A stretch of 64,000 bases of DNA. Origin: Podarcis tiliguerta (Eukaryota). Every line of letters starts with the position of its first letter. The stretch's first letter is position 1. Both the position numbers and the translations under genes were made by a program. The stretch lies in NCBI GenBank assembly GCA_965153285.1, contig OZ229114.1. One strand, written 5' to 3'. Shown one piece after another: positions 25,525-36,613 of this stretch. The notes beneath the pieces are model-generated. The model did no database searches. It was not told the origin of the DNA and saw only the letters and a list, made by a program, of their open reading frames with translations.

Positions 25525-27658
25525 GGCATGAAGTGCAAGCAGCCTCAAAAAGAACAAAATGAAGGATGGGGAGAATAACAGTGTGCCATTGATGAATCCT
25601 ACTGGTGTTCTTCAAAAGAATTGTTGGCACGACCAACATGATCCTCCAGAAGATCAATAGAGAAAATCCCTGTCTTCTCCTTTCCTTCATTTCTATGGCT
25701 TCCTTCATTTTGAGAGGTTGCCCTCCTCTAAAAGCAACTTAAAACTGATCTCTAGCATTGCTTTGTGCACGAGGGGTTTCCCTGGCATATATAAATGTCT
25801 TGTGGCATCCTGTTTATTTTTAGGAGCTCTAAATCACTTAAAAAAAACAAAAAGTAGTGGGCAGGATATTAGTTCCAATACTGTAATTTTCCAGATGACA
25901 CCAGTTGCATGTATAATGCCAAGCTATACCATGGAAGGCGGGGGGGGGGGGAGAGCACACATTCTTGTGGGTTTTGAACCGAATTTCTAGTGCTCCTTTT
26001 GCTGAGAAGCCAGGCACTACGCAGGGAGGAGAGAAGCAAACCAGATAGCTTGTGACATCGAGGCATTAAGAAAGATTCCCACCACAAATTCCAGTCCACA
26101 AGGTGCTGACTGATACCCAAAAAGCATCAGTGGAGCTGGCATCTGATCAAGAAGACAGACCTTTATGTTATTACAGCCACCTTTCTAGTTAAAAACACTT
26201 CAAAGGTTTCAGTTTGTTTGTTTCTAGTTTGCTAAGATTTATTAAATTTGGCTTGTATATGAACTTAGCTTTTGAATACAGGGAGAATTTTGAATTGCAT
26301 GCTCATTCAAAAAAGAAAAAAGCCTGGGAGAAGAGAGACAACCACGTGTCAAATGATAATTTAGGATTCCTTTGAACACTTACCCAGCTATGTGGCAAAT
26401 GCGATGTTATCTCAAGCAGTAGCAGTATTTATGTGAATTAAGCAGCAATGCGATGTGAGCTGGGCTGATGTTGTGGTCCCTGGCCAACCAACAGAAACTC
26501 CACTGAGAAGGACACTGCTTACTGGGTAGATTGGATTCATATGCTTGGCCCCACCCAAGTAGACACCCTGGACCTTGTTTAAAGGGTGGGTAAGACCTTT
26601 AATTAATTAATAAACCACCAAAGAAACCACAGAGCAATGGTGTGAGATGTCATTATAAGGAAGTGGCTTCTCCACAGCACGATGAGAATGCACAGGGTCA
26701 GCCCTGGACATTTTGCCACTAGAGGCAAAACAGAAAATGTCACCCCGGCCTCCTCCTCTGCTGAGCACCTACCACTGCATGCCCACCCACTCTGCAGGCA
26801 GACCTGCAGCTCCTCCTCTGTGTGCTTGCTGGAGCCTGCCACCCTGAAGCAGCTGCCTCACTTCACCTCACGGTTGTGCATGTAACCATTTGACCTTACT
26901 GCCCTGCTAAGTGGGAAGGACAAGTTAATCTCAGGATTGTGGGTTCGAGCTCCACATTAGGCAAATGATTGGTCCCTTCCAACTCTATTATTCTATTATT
27001 TTATTATCCCATCCCTATTTCTTTTTCTCTTTATCTCATGAGTAAGTGGGTTCAGTCACTTCTAATTATTTGGCTGGGCAATACAGATGACTATCTTACC
27101 AAATGCTGGCAGAAAATAGCCATGCAAAAAGCAGTGGAACCTGCAAATGTTTAGAAAACACACTCACTGCTTTCCAAACATGCTGACCACTTGATTAAGC
27201 ATATGTGTTTAACAAAGCCCTTAGATTTTAGAGTGCTCTCTATGGAGCATCTTCCAAAAATCATTTCTGAAAATGATAGACTGACTAGACCAGCCAGGCA
27301 CATTCCTCCTTACAATGTATGTTTATATAGTAAATCTAGAAACCACCCTGAGTTTAGGTTACAGCTACTGGGATTAGTGGGCGTCTCATGGGCCGCTATA
27401 GGTTTGTAGAGTGCAGCTAAGTTGATGTCTGAATTATGAATTAGCTTCTTTCTAGTTCCAAATGGGTAAACCTCAGAGCAATTTATATACTTAGTGCTAA
27501 GTGTTCCTAAAGCACAGAGTATTTATTTAAACCATGCAGATAAAGCGTAATACCCCAAAAGAAAGGACTGTCTGCCTAGCAGCCAAGTAACAAGCAATTT
27601 TAAGGATTATAATTGGAGATAGGGACACAGGGACCATCTCTGGGAGGCCCTAGGGGCC

Positions 27659-27993
27659 CAGTGGCGTAGCGTGGGTTGTCAGCACCCGGGGCAAGGCAAG
27701 TAATTTACGCCCCCTAACCCGGGGCAAGGCAAGTAATTTGCGCCCCCCTGCTGCACTGTCCCTCCCCCAGATAGTCCCTCGCTCTCTCTCCGCACCGCAC
27801 CGCACGCCTGGCACCCTCCCCTCCACAGTGGGCGGCGACCCGGCGGCTCGGATCGGATTCGCACAGCCAGCACTGCAGTGAGAGAGAGTGAGTGAGCCAG
27901 GTAGGGGCAGAGAGCTGCGAGTGCGAGCGCCAGCTCCCCGATGTTGCGCCCGGTGTGGCCGGCCCCCCCTGCACCCCCCACGCTACGCCACTG
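27659..27993. mobile_element. Young hAT MITE inside an older hAT-like element (~27628-28343)
   Basis: Perfect CAGTGGCGTAGCGTGGG TIRs; TSD TAGGGGCC. Confidence 0.9.
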
Positions 27994-28414
27994 TAGGGGC
28001 CTAGGCACCCACAAAATTTCTATTGTGGGTACCTGGCTGTCACATCGTGTGCTTGCGCACTGCTCAGTCTCCACATGCTGCCGCTGCCTCCCACTGCCTT
28101 ATCTCCGCTGGCTATCTGGCCCCATGGCAGTGGCTGGGCCGGGACCTCCACCTCTGCTGCAGGGCCTCTGTTGGGGCCTCGCGGTGGAGGCAGAGGCCCT
28201 GGCCCAGTTGCTGCATGGCGCCAGAGAGCAGCGGCAGCAGGTGGAGGCCGAGCAGCACTCACACATATGGGATAGTGCAACATGACCTCATGACACACAC
28301 ACCACTGGGCACACACAGTCTGGGGCTTAAGCTGGTGCCTCTGAAAATAAAATTAAAAAGTTGGTGCCTTTGGGTATGGAAATTGAGTTGTTGCTGAAAA
28401 GGGTGACAATGATG

Positions 28415-28675
28415 CCGGATCTCTGCCTCTTGGCCCCCCTCCTCTCCTGCCTCTGAGTCTGGACTGCTCTCTGCTCCAGCCTTTTCCTGCTCACGAAACC
28501 CTGTTACCCCTCCAGCTTCCAAGACCTCCTCTTGCCAGGCTGCTCCCTAGTCTTCCCTGACCATTCACCGTCATCCCACCAGCAATCCCCTGACTCTGAG
28601 CCTTCTTCCCTTGGAGGTTCCCCAGCTGGTGCCTCCCACCATTCCTCTGTGTCCAGGCTTCATGGAAGTCTCACA
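28415..28675 (-). mobile_element. Truncated Gypsy-type LTR with acidic reading frame
   Basis: Starts TGTGAG; purine-rich; encodes EEWWEAPAGEPPREEGSESGDCWWDDGEW... with one frameshift; 3' end not seen. Confidence 0.55.
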
Positions 28676-29997
28676 GAATAGACTTGTAATGCTCACCCCA
28701 TTTCTCGGAGTAACCAGAACTCCGAGAAGTTCTGGGGGTGCAATGTTTCAGTTTGCTTTGGAAGGAAGTTACTAGAGGCTTATTGCTATTTTTCTAATAG
28801 CTGCGTTTATTTACAAATATAAAGCTTGAGTATAGGTGGCCCATAGATTGCAGCAGGAAGCCAAAGTCCACTGTTCTCCCATCAGTTCTTCAGGGAGGCA
28901 GCTAGTGACCCAACCCAAGTCAGTCCTCTGTGTCTCTGCGAGTCTCTGCCTAACATCGCCCCCTCTCTGCACACACAGGCATCCTTAGTGGGGAAGGGTG
29001 ATTACCTGTCATTTCCCCTTTTCAGCCCTTCAGAGAGCTTAAAGAAAGCAATCTAACAATTAATTCCTATAGGATTACCGTAATTGTTGATTCCTGGCTA
29101 TAACAACCTTTTTTCACATTGCAGCCTCTGACTTGTTATTGCCTCAAATAGTCCTGTTCAGGGAACTCTGATCGGAAATGTAAAAGAGAATAAATTTGGA
29201 CATGCTTCAAAAATACAGAAATAATGTGGTAACGTCCCGAAAGAAATGTACCCCTCCTCTACTGAAGTTGGTCACGTGCTAAAACACTCAGTTGCAGTAA
29301 ACTAAACATGCTCTGATCATGTGCCTCACCTAGGCAGCAGCTAATGTTGCGAAGGGCTGAAACAATATGCCAAGGGAATGCCATATAAGGGTAAGAAGAA
29401 GGGAGTAACCTATGATGATTGGATAAAAACCCACTGCAAAGGAGAGGAGAATTGGATAAAAACCCACTGCAAAGGAGAGGCTCAGCCTTTGGGAAATTAT
29501 TCTGCTGTGCCTTTTTTATTTCTGAAATAAAACTTCCTTGTTTCTACTTCTGTTGCTGAGTATCTGTTGGGAAACGGGTAAGCGGAGGATCCTGGCTGCA
29601 ACAATACAAGCCCTTTACTCTGGGAAAACAGGGTGTATATTTGCAGTTCTGCTATAGAATGTCGAGCAGCGAAGTCAAAACACAGAATCAAAATTCACAG
29701 TAAAAAGAAAAAAACTTTGCTGAGGCAAACAGGTTTCTTTACACAAACTGTACAAACAACAATAGAAGAGAGCAAAGTAAAAGTAAAAAAGGAGCACACT
29801 GAGCCCATGTATTTATCCTTCCAGGCTCCGTGTGACTTCCTGTGATTGAAATAATATTTGTATAAGGAATGAGTCTGCACTTTTCAGCATTTTCCAACAC
29901 TTTACTGCTTCTGCTCTCAAAAGACCTTTGTCACATGACATAGAAGTGGTTGGCCTAAAAAGGACATCTATTTATATTTTAACATTTCAAATGTGGC

Positions 29998-30424
29998 CAG
30001 GGCTGGATTTAGGTTTGATGAGGCCCTCAGCTACTGAAGGAAATGGGGTCCTTTATAGGTCCAGCTGTCCTTTGTCAACAACAAATTTTCGCTGTTTTTT
30101 GTGTTGAATGTATGGAATGTATGGTCATTTATGGACCTAATAGGTATCTCAAGCCATTTGCACATGTTGCCGTGCAACCAGTCCATGCAGAATGTAGGCA
30201 CCCTATATATAGAAAGGAGCAAACCAGTGATATTTGAGGGAGCAGGCAGGGCCCATGACTTACAAAACACTGTTGCCGTACGTAGGTTTTATTTTATTTG
30301 TTTTTTATTTTATATTTTGGAAATGAACATCCAGTTTTTTTTTCCTTTTAAATTTTTTTGGGGCCTCCAAGACAGTGGGGTCCTAAGCTATAGCTTGTTT
30401 AGCTTATACGTAAATCTGGCACTG
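29998..30424. mobile_element. hAT MITE
   Basis: CAGGGCTGGATTTA / TAAATCTGGCACTG; TSD AATGTGGC. Confidence 0.88.
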
Positions 30425-32172
30425 AATGTGGCTTTTGGCCTCAAAGGCTGGACAGAATAGAAGGGGTTGAGCTCATCTTCCCAAGGGAAGATGGTGGGCG
30501 GGTCTCAGTGCAAATATAGCACAGGCGCAATAGCTGAAGCAATTCTGATATAATGGACAACTGGCAAAGTGACTGGATCATTTGAATGCCCTGATACATT
30601 TCCTTAAAGTGTAAGCTTTTTCCTAGCCTGCAAGACAAGCACCCTGATTTGTGGATTATTCAAAAACTTAACTTGAAATAACAATTATTATTAATTAAAG
30701 CCATCCTTTTGTACATGGAGTTTCATCACCCTGACTTGAAGCTTTCAAACTAAAATGAACAATAGGTAAGACAACAAAGAGAGGAGGAGACAATGAGAGC
30801 TTGCAATCACTGTGAGCAAGGGCAGTTACACCCATGTGGAGAACTGCTTACAGCTTCAAATGGTTAGCCTACATGCCTCACAGAAAAGGCGGATCTTCGA
30901 CAACAGACTTGCTTTTCTATTTGGCAGCACTAAAGACTGCCATGGTTTTTTCAGCTTGCAATGTATCTGAGACCATTGTTTTCCCCACCTCCTCTGGTGT
31001 GCTTTCAGCGTCTTCTTAAAAGCACTGTATATGAGGGAAATGTGCATCAACCAGTGCAGAAGTACTACATCAGGTCCTCCCTTAAAAAGGGCACATATTG
31101 CGGTGAGACCAGGACAACCGACACCCTGTGTTGTGGGTGTGTACAATTGGTCAGCCGCAACACCCGATTGGTAGTTCCCTCGAAGCTGGGTACAATCTGG
31201 CCAATGGGACGCAGTCCAAAGGTTTGAGGGACCTATTTATACCTATGCACATGACCCAGAGCTTCCTCTTTAGGCCCGTGCATTTGGAACACCAACAGTG
31301 TGTCCTCTGTGAGCCAAGAGAAGGAGAGAGAGAGAGATTTACCTTCGACGAATCGTCCTGGTGATATCTTTCCGTTATCCCTTCTTTTTAATTCTTTTTT
31401 ACCCTCTTCCTTTCCTTAGTTTTAAGTTTAATTTAATCGTCTCCATCCTTGCCCTTCCCTTATTTAGAGGGGCTTCTGCCCCTACGGGGCTTGCGACCCC
31501 TTAGCGCTCCACTTCAGAGTTTTTTCATTCGGTTAATTTCTTTCCTATAGGGCGTTTGTCCTTGGGGTTCTCCCAGAGCGTTCCCTTCTGCTGTGGATTG
31601 CCCCGTATCCCGATTCTATATTTGTGGCTTCGGGTAGCGATCGCTATTCCCTTTAAGGGCTTGAGCTCGCGAGCTGGTTTATCCAGGGTTTCCCGGTACG
31701 GCATTGCTGCGGCTTGTAAAACCACTGCTCAGCGGCCCCAAATTTATTGTTTTTGGTGTCTTTTCGCCCACAGAGCTTGGCTTTAGCGCTTCTGGCTGCA
31801 GGGTTGCTGCCATTTCCCTGGGTTCAGGGAACAGTAATTCTGAGTGGTGTTAGCCATGCATTTAATTTATAGAGCCTTGTTTTAGTGGGAGCGAAGGAAT
31901 TTGAGTTTCAGTGATTGTTTGGTCTGCTAATTTGGCTTGTGAGAGTTCCCTCTCCATAAGCCTGGTGAATTCTTCACCTCCCCGCTCCCAATTTGCTTAA
32001 GGCTGGTTGGGGAAATTCTTGGGGATGGCAGCCATTTTGCCCAGCTTATTTTGGCAGAAGCGCCATCTTGTCTTGGTGGTAGGGCCAGTTTTGGTGGGAG
32101 CACCATCTTGTTTTGGTGGGAGTGCCATCTTAAGGATTAATAGTTAATTTTAATTTTATTGACTTTATAGAG

Positions 32173-33364
32173 ATGCCTGTTAAAAGGAATCCTAGTCCTG
32201 CCCTCCCTTCAAAAAGGGTAATTAGAGGCCCGTCTCAGTCGCTGCATTCAGTGCAAGCCACAGTAGTTCCTCAGCAAACGCTGGATCGTCTGGGGTCTAT
32301 CATGGCCAATATTGGCACGGACCCTGTGGCCTTGACAAGTTTTAATGCAAACTTGAGTCATTGGCTCAGCAGTTTGGGAGGCAGCCTGATCCTCAGCCTG
32401 GGCCCTCCTCTTCTTCTACTATTTATGAGGCTCATGGCCCTTCTGATGCATGTGAAGGGAGCGAGGCTGTTGATTCTTCTGGGGCTTTGTTTTCCCAATT
32501 ACATTTTCCCAGGATTCCAGTCCCAGGTAGTCCTAGGGGTCGTCCTAGGAGTATGGGCCATGGTGCAGCAGGCCTCTTGGTCTGGACTGCCACGTTCGCA
32601 GTCAGCACCCCCAGGTTCTGGGAGTTTAGGGCTTCAAGAAGTGCAGTTTTTTGGGAGAGGAACTTCTTAGCCAAGCACCTCACAAACTGGTTAAGGACGT
32701 TAAAGTGTCAACCAATGCGGTCAGGGATATTATTCCTGCTGCACGCTTGCCATTTAGGATCCGGAAAAGGATTCTCAATGGCCGGTATGTAGACATTTTC
32801 ATAATTCATTCCTCCTGAGGAATGTCCAGATAAGGATAAGCAGGTGGCAGGGCTCCCTTAAGGTTGAGAGGTCTTTTGAAAAATGGCTTGATGCCTTTCA
32901 GGTATTCGCTGGGGTTATTTCTGCAGCGTATCCCAAAAGAAGTCTGCACGATTTACCAATTGTTTTGGTGCGTAAAGCTTTTGCATTGGCTGGTCAGGCG
33001 GCAGCCATAAGCTACAACGAGAGTTTCAGGTGTTGTGCCACGTGGATCCCTTCTGCTCGATGGGATCGAAAAGACCTAGATGTGTGGACTACTTATGTCT
33101 CTCCGAATTTTGAGAGCAAGTCCACTGAGCAATCGAAATCCAAGCAAGAGATTAAGAAGCCACGAAGGAGCCTTATTTGTAGGGGAATATAGTAAAGGGT
33201 CCTGCCAGCATCAAGGTTGCAGGTTTTCCCACATTTGTGATAAATGTTTTGGGAGCCATTCTGCTGCTTCCTGTGCAGTCAAGCGGCCCTTTCGTGGGGC
33301 AAGGAGAGGTTCTCAGCAGGATCAGAAAGGATCCTCTCCTTCAGCAGCCTGCAATGTTAAGTGA
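32173..33364 (+). pseudogene. Ngaro gag-like ORF1 (frameshifted)
   Basis: Ends with CQHQGCRFSHICDKCFGSHSAASC Cys/His finger. Confidence 0.65.
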
Positions 33365-33379
33365 GGTCTTATTGACCCT

Positions 33380-35090
33380 GGCACATACTCCCATTAAGTT
33401 GCCCACCTTATTGGCATGGCTGCACAGGTACCCTGATACAGCTGCTGCTTTCTATTTGTGGCTTGGATTTTCTCAAGGCTTTCATATCCCAGTGGTGTTC
33501 CTGCCTAGGGCTACCAAAGTTGAAAATCGAAAATCTGTCAGAGAGTTGCCTGATGTCACTAGGAGAAAAATCAGGAAAGAATTGGCTTTGGGTAGGATGG
33601 CTGGCCCATTTGCATGCCCTCCCTACCCAGATTTGCACCTTTCTCCTTGGCGTGGTGCCTAAAAAGGCCCCAGATGAATTACGCTTAATTCACAACTTAT
33701 CTTACCCGCTGGGTTCATCAGTAAATGATGCTATCCCTCCTGAGTTGTGTTCTGTTAAGTATGCCACCTTTGACCAAGCGTTCAAATTGATCAGGAGTTT
33801 CAGGAAGGGTGCACTTTTGGCAAAGTGCGATGTAGAAGCTGCCTTCCGTTTACTTCCTGTTCATCCACATGACTTTAAGTTGTTGGGGTTCCAGTTGGAT
33901 GGAGGTCATTATGTGGATAAGGCTATGCCTATGGGCTGCTCTATATCCTGCACAGTTTTTGAGGCCTTCAGTACATTTTTGGACTGGGCTTTGCGTACCA
34001 CGACAGGTTTTATGGGCGTGACCCGTTACCTCGATGATTTTTTATTAAGTTCTGCAGCCAATTCGGAGGAATGCCTGCTGCTTTTGCAGGCTTTTAATGA
34101 CCTAGCTCAGGAGTTAGGGGTTCCCTTAGCGGCTGATAAAACTGAAGGCCCAGTCTCAAGGTTGTCTTACCTCGGGATTCAGTTGGATATGGTGGCATTA
34201 CCTTCCGCTCTGCCTGAAGTAAAGTTGATGGCTTTGCATGACATCCTTATGGAATTCTTGCCAAGGGAGAAAGTTACCTTGAGGCAGATTCAGTTCCTGT
34301 TGGCCCATTTGAATTTCGCGTGCAGGGTGGTGGCGCCTGGTCACCCCTTTTGTGCACGATTAGCAATACTGTCAGCTGGCCTGCGCTCACCCCATCGCCG
34401 GGTCTGGTTGCCCAGTGAAGTCACGGCAGACCTGCAGATGTGGCTTGAATTCCTTAGGGAGTTCAGTGGTGCATCCTTGTGGCAGGATACCTTGAATCTG
34501 CAATTCGATTTCCAAGTCCATTCGGACGCTGCTGGTTCCTTGGGCTTTGGGCTGGATTTCTGTGGCCTGGGATCTCCTCGCACCCCAAAATATTGCTACT
34601 GTTCCCTGTAGGGGACAGCTGTAGGAACAGCTGAAAGGACACTTCTTGCCAGGTCCATCCGGACGCTGCTGATTCCTTGGGTTTGGGGCTCTATTTCTAT
34701 GGCCATTGGTACACTTAGAGGTGGCCTGAGTAATGGCAGGGTACAGCCATTACCCTTGATTTAACCTTTCTTGAGTTTTTCCCCATCATAGTGGCAGTGC
34801 AAATCTGGACCATGGAGCTTAAGGACTGGAGGGTCTGTTTCTGGTCCGATAAGCAGGCCGTGGTGAGCGTTTTGGCAAAGCAGTCATCCCGCTCCAGCAG
34901 AGTCTCTGCCCTGTTACACACGTTTGTGCTGCTGTGCCTCAAGTTTAATATTGGGGTGGGGTTTTTTTTGGCCCGTTTTATTCCTGGCTCTAATAATGAT
35001 ATCCCATTTTCAGATGGAGCACTTCAGATCCCTGGCTTCGGAGGCCCAGCAGCTTCTGGAATATTTCCCGGATCACCTTTGGAACCTTGG
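33380..35090 (+). pseudogene. Ngaro RT / RNase H
   Basis: RLIHNLSYP, AKCDVEAAFRLLPV, MPMGCSIS, YLDDF, SDAAGSLGFG, LEFFPIIVA, SDKQAVV. Confidence 0.92.
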
Positions 35091-35965
35091 CAACAGATTG
35101 TCCTTCAGGGAGTAGTGGCTTCTGTTTCTCCTTCCACTTTGAGGTCTTATAAAAAGGCCCGGATGGACTTTTTAGCTTTCAGAGCACAGCTCACGACCAG
35201 CCTAAGAACAGAGTCACCATCCACACATCAGGTGTTGCAGTATTCGGCATTTTATGGGTAGTGCTGTGAAATCCATCCGAATTCAGTCTTCGGCCATTTG
35301 CATTTTCTCTAAGTCCCTTTATTCTAAAGACCCTTGTGCAAAATTTGTAGTTTGCAGGGCTCTCGAAGGCTGGGCCAGGCTACAGCCACCGAAGTTGCCA
35401 GGTAGGAGGTCACATTTGACATATTGTGCGCTATGCGCAGCACCCTGAGATCAATTTGTTGGTCCAGTTTTGAGGCGAGACTCTACGGCAGCATTTTCAA
35501 TTGCCTTTTTCAGTGCACTGTGTGTGGGTGAAGTAGTGGTGGAGTCAGTGCAGGGAAGGACTCCCAGGGGATTGCTTTTGCAGGATGTTCAGCTGTCCAA
35601 TGCCGAGTTGGTCCTAACCATTCGCAATTCCAAAACGGACCAGGTGGGAAGAGGCACCTTGATGCGGCTGCCTGCCACTGGTGAGCCTGGCCCTTGTCCA
35701 GTTAAGGATGTCCCTTCACCTGCCTGGGGATGGTCCCTTCCTGGTTTACAAGGATGGGTCCCTGTTAAGGAGGCATCAATTTGCTGCAGTAATGCGCAAG
35801 GCATTGGCAGCGTGCGGCCTGTCGGCCAGCAAGTTTGCACCTCATTCCTTTCGTACTGGGAGCAGCTACCACCGCTGCTCATTGGGGCCTTTCCATTGAC
35901 AGGATTAAGAATCTGGGCCGCTGGAGATCCGGACCATACCGAGGTTATTTCGGAAGCGGCGTTGA
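35090..35965 (+). pseudogene. Ngaro tyrosine recombinase
   Basis: FFSAL(C)VGE, SKTDQ, HSFR..GAAT, LGRWRSGPYRGY; frameshifted. Confidence 0.88.
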
Positions 35966-36004
35966 GGTGCAGTTGCTAATGTTGTTTTGTTTATTCCTAA
36001 GTCC

Positions 36005-36613
36005 ACCTACCCTGCATGTCTGGATAGTTGGGCACAGCATTGTCCACTGGGCCAGCAGGAGGGTGGCAGAGTCTGGATTTGGACACAGGCTCGGGCTCCC
36101 CGACCACATCTGAGTATCCTGGATATCCAGATGAGGAATGCGTTGGGAGGAGCTTCTGCATATCCTGGATATCCAGATGAGGAATGCGTTGGGAGGATCT
36201 TCTCCCAATGGTGCAGGCGAAGGTGTCTGCAGAAGGCACGCCTGCGGTGATGGTGGTGCAGCTGGGCAAGAATGATTTGCTGGAAGCTCCCAGCTTGAGC
36301 CTGCGGACCCACATGCAGAAGGACTTGGAAGAGTTGAAGGCAGCTCTTCTTGGACTCAAGATATTTTGGTTGCAGCTCTTGCAGTGACATGCGTGGCGTG
36401 GAAGCAGATGCCCAGCTGCCTCAGAGAGGGCCAGGAGGTGCATCCAGAGTGCAGTGGCCAGGAAGGTTCTGGCCTTGGGCGATCCGTCACCTGGGTATTA
36501 CCTTCCGTGATGCGTCCCTTTACAGGTTTGATGGGGTTCATCTGTCTGTGATTGGGAATGATTTGTGGCTGACCGCCATGTCAGTGGGGTTAAGGGATTG
36601 GTTACAGGTGTGA
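36005..36613 (+). pseudogene. SGNH/GDSL hydrolase ORF of the Ngaro element
   Basis: VWIVGHSIV (block I), GMRW (II), QLGKND (III), DGVHLS (V); broken by a 46-bp tandem duplication and further frameshifts. Confidence 0.82.
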
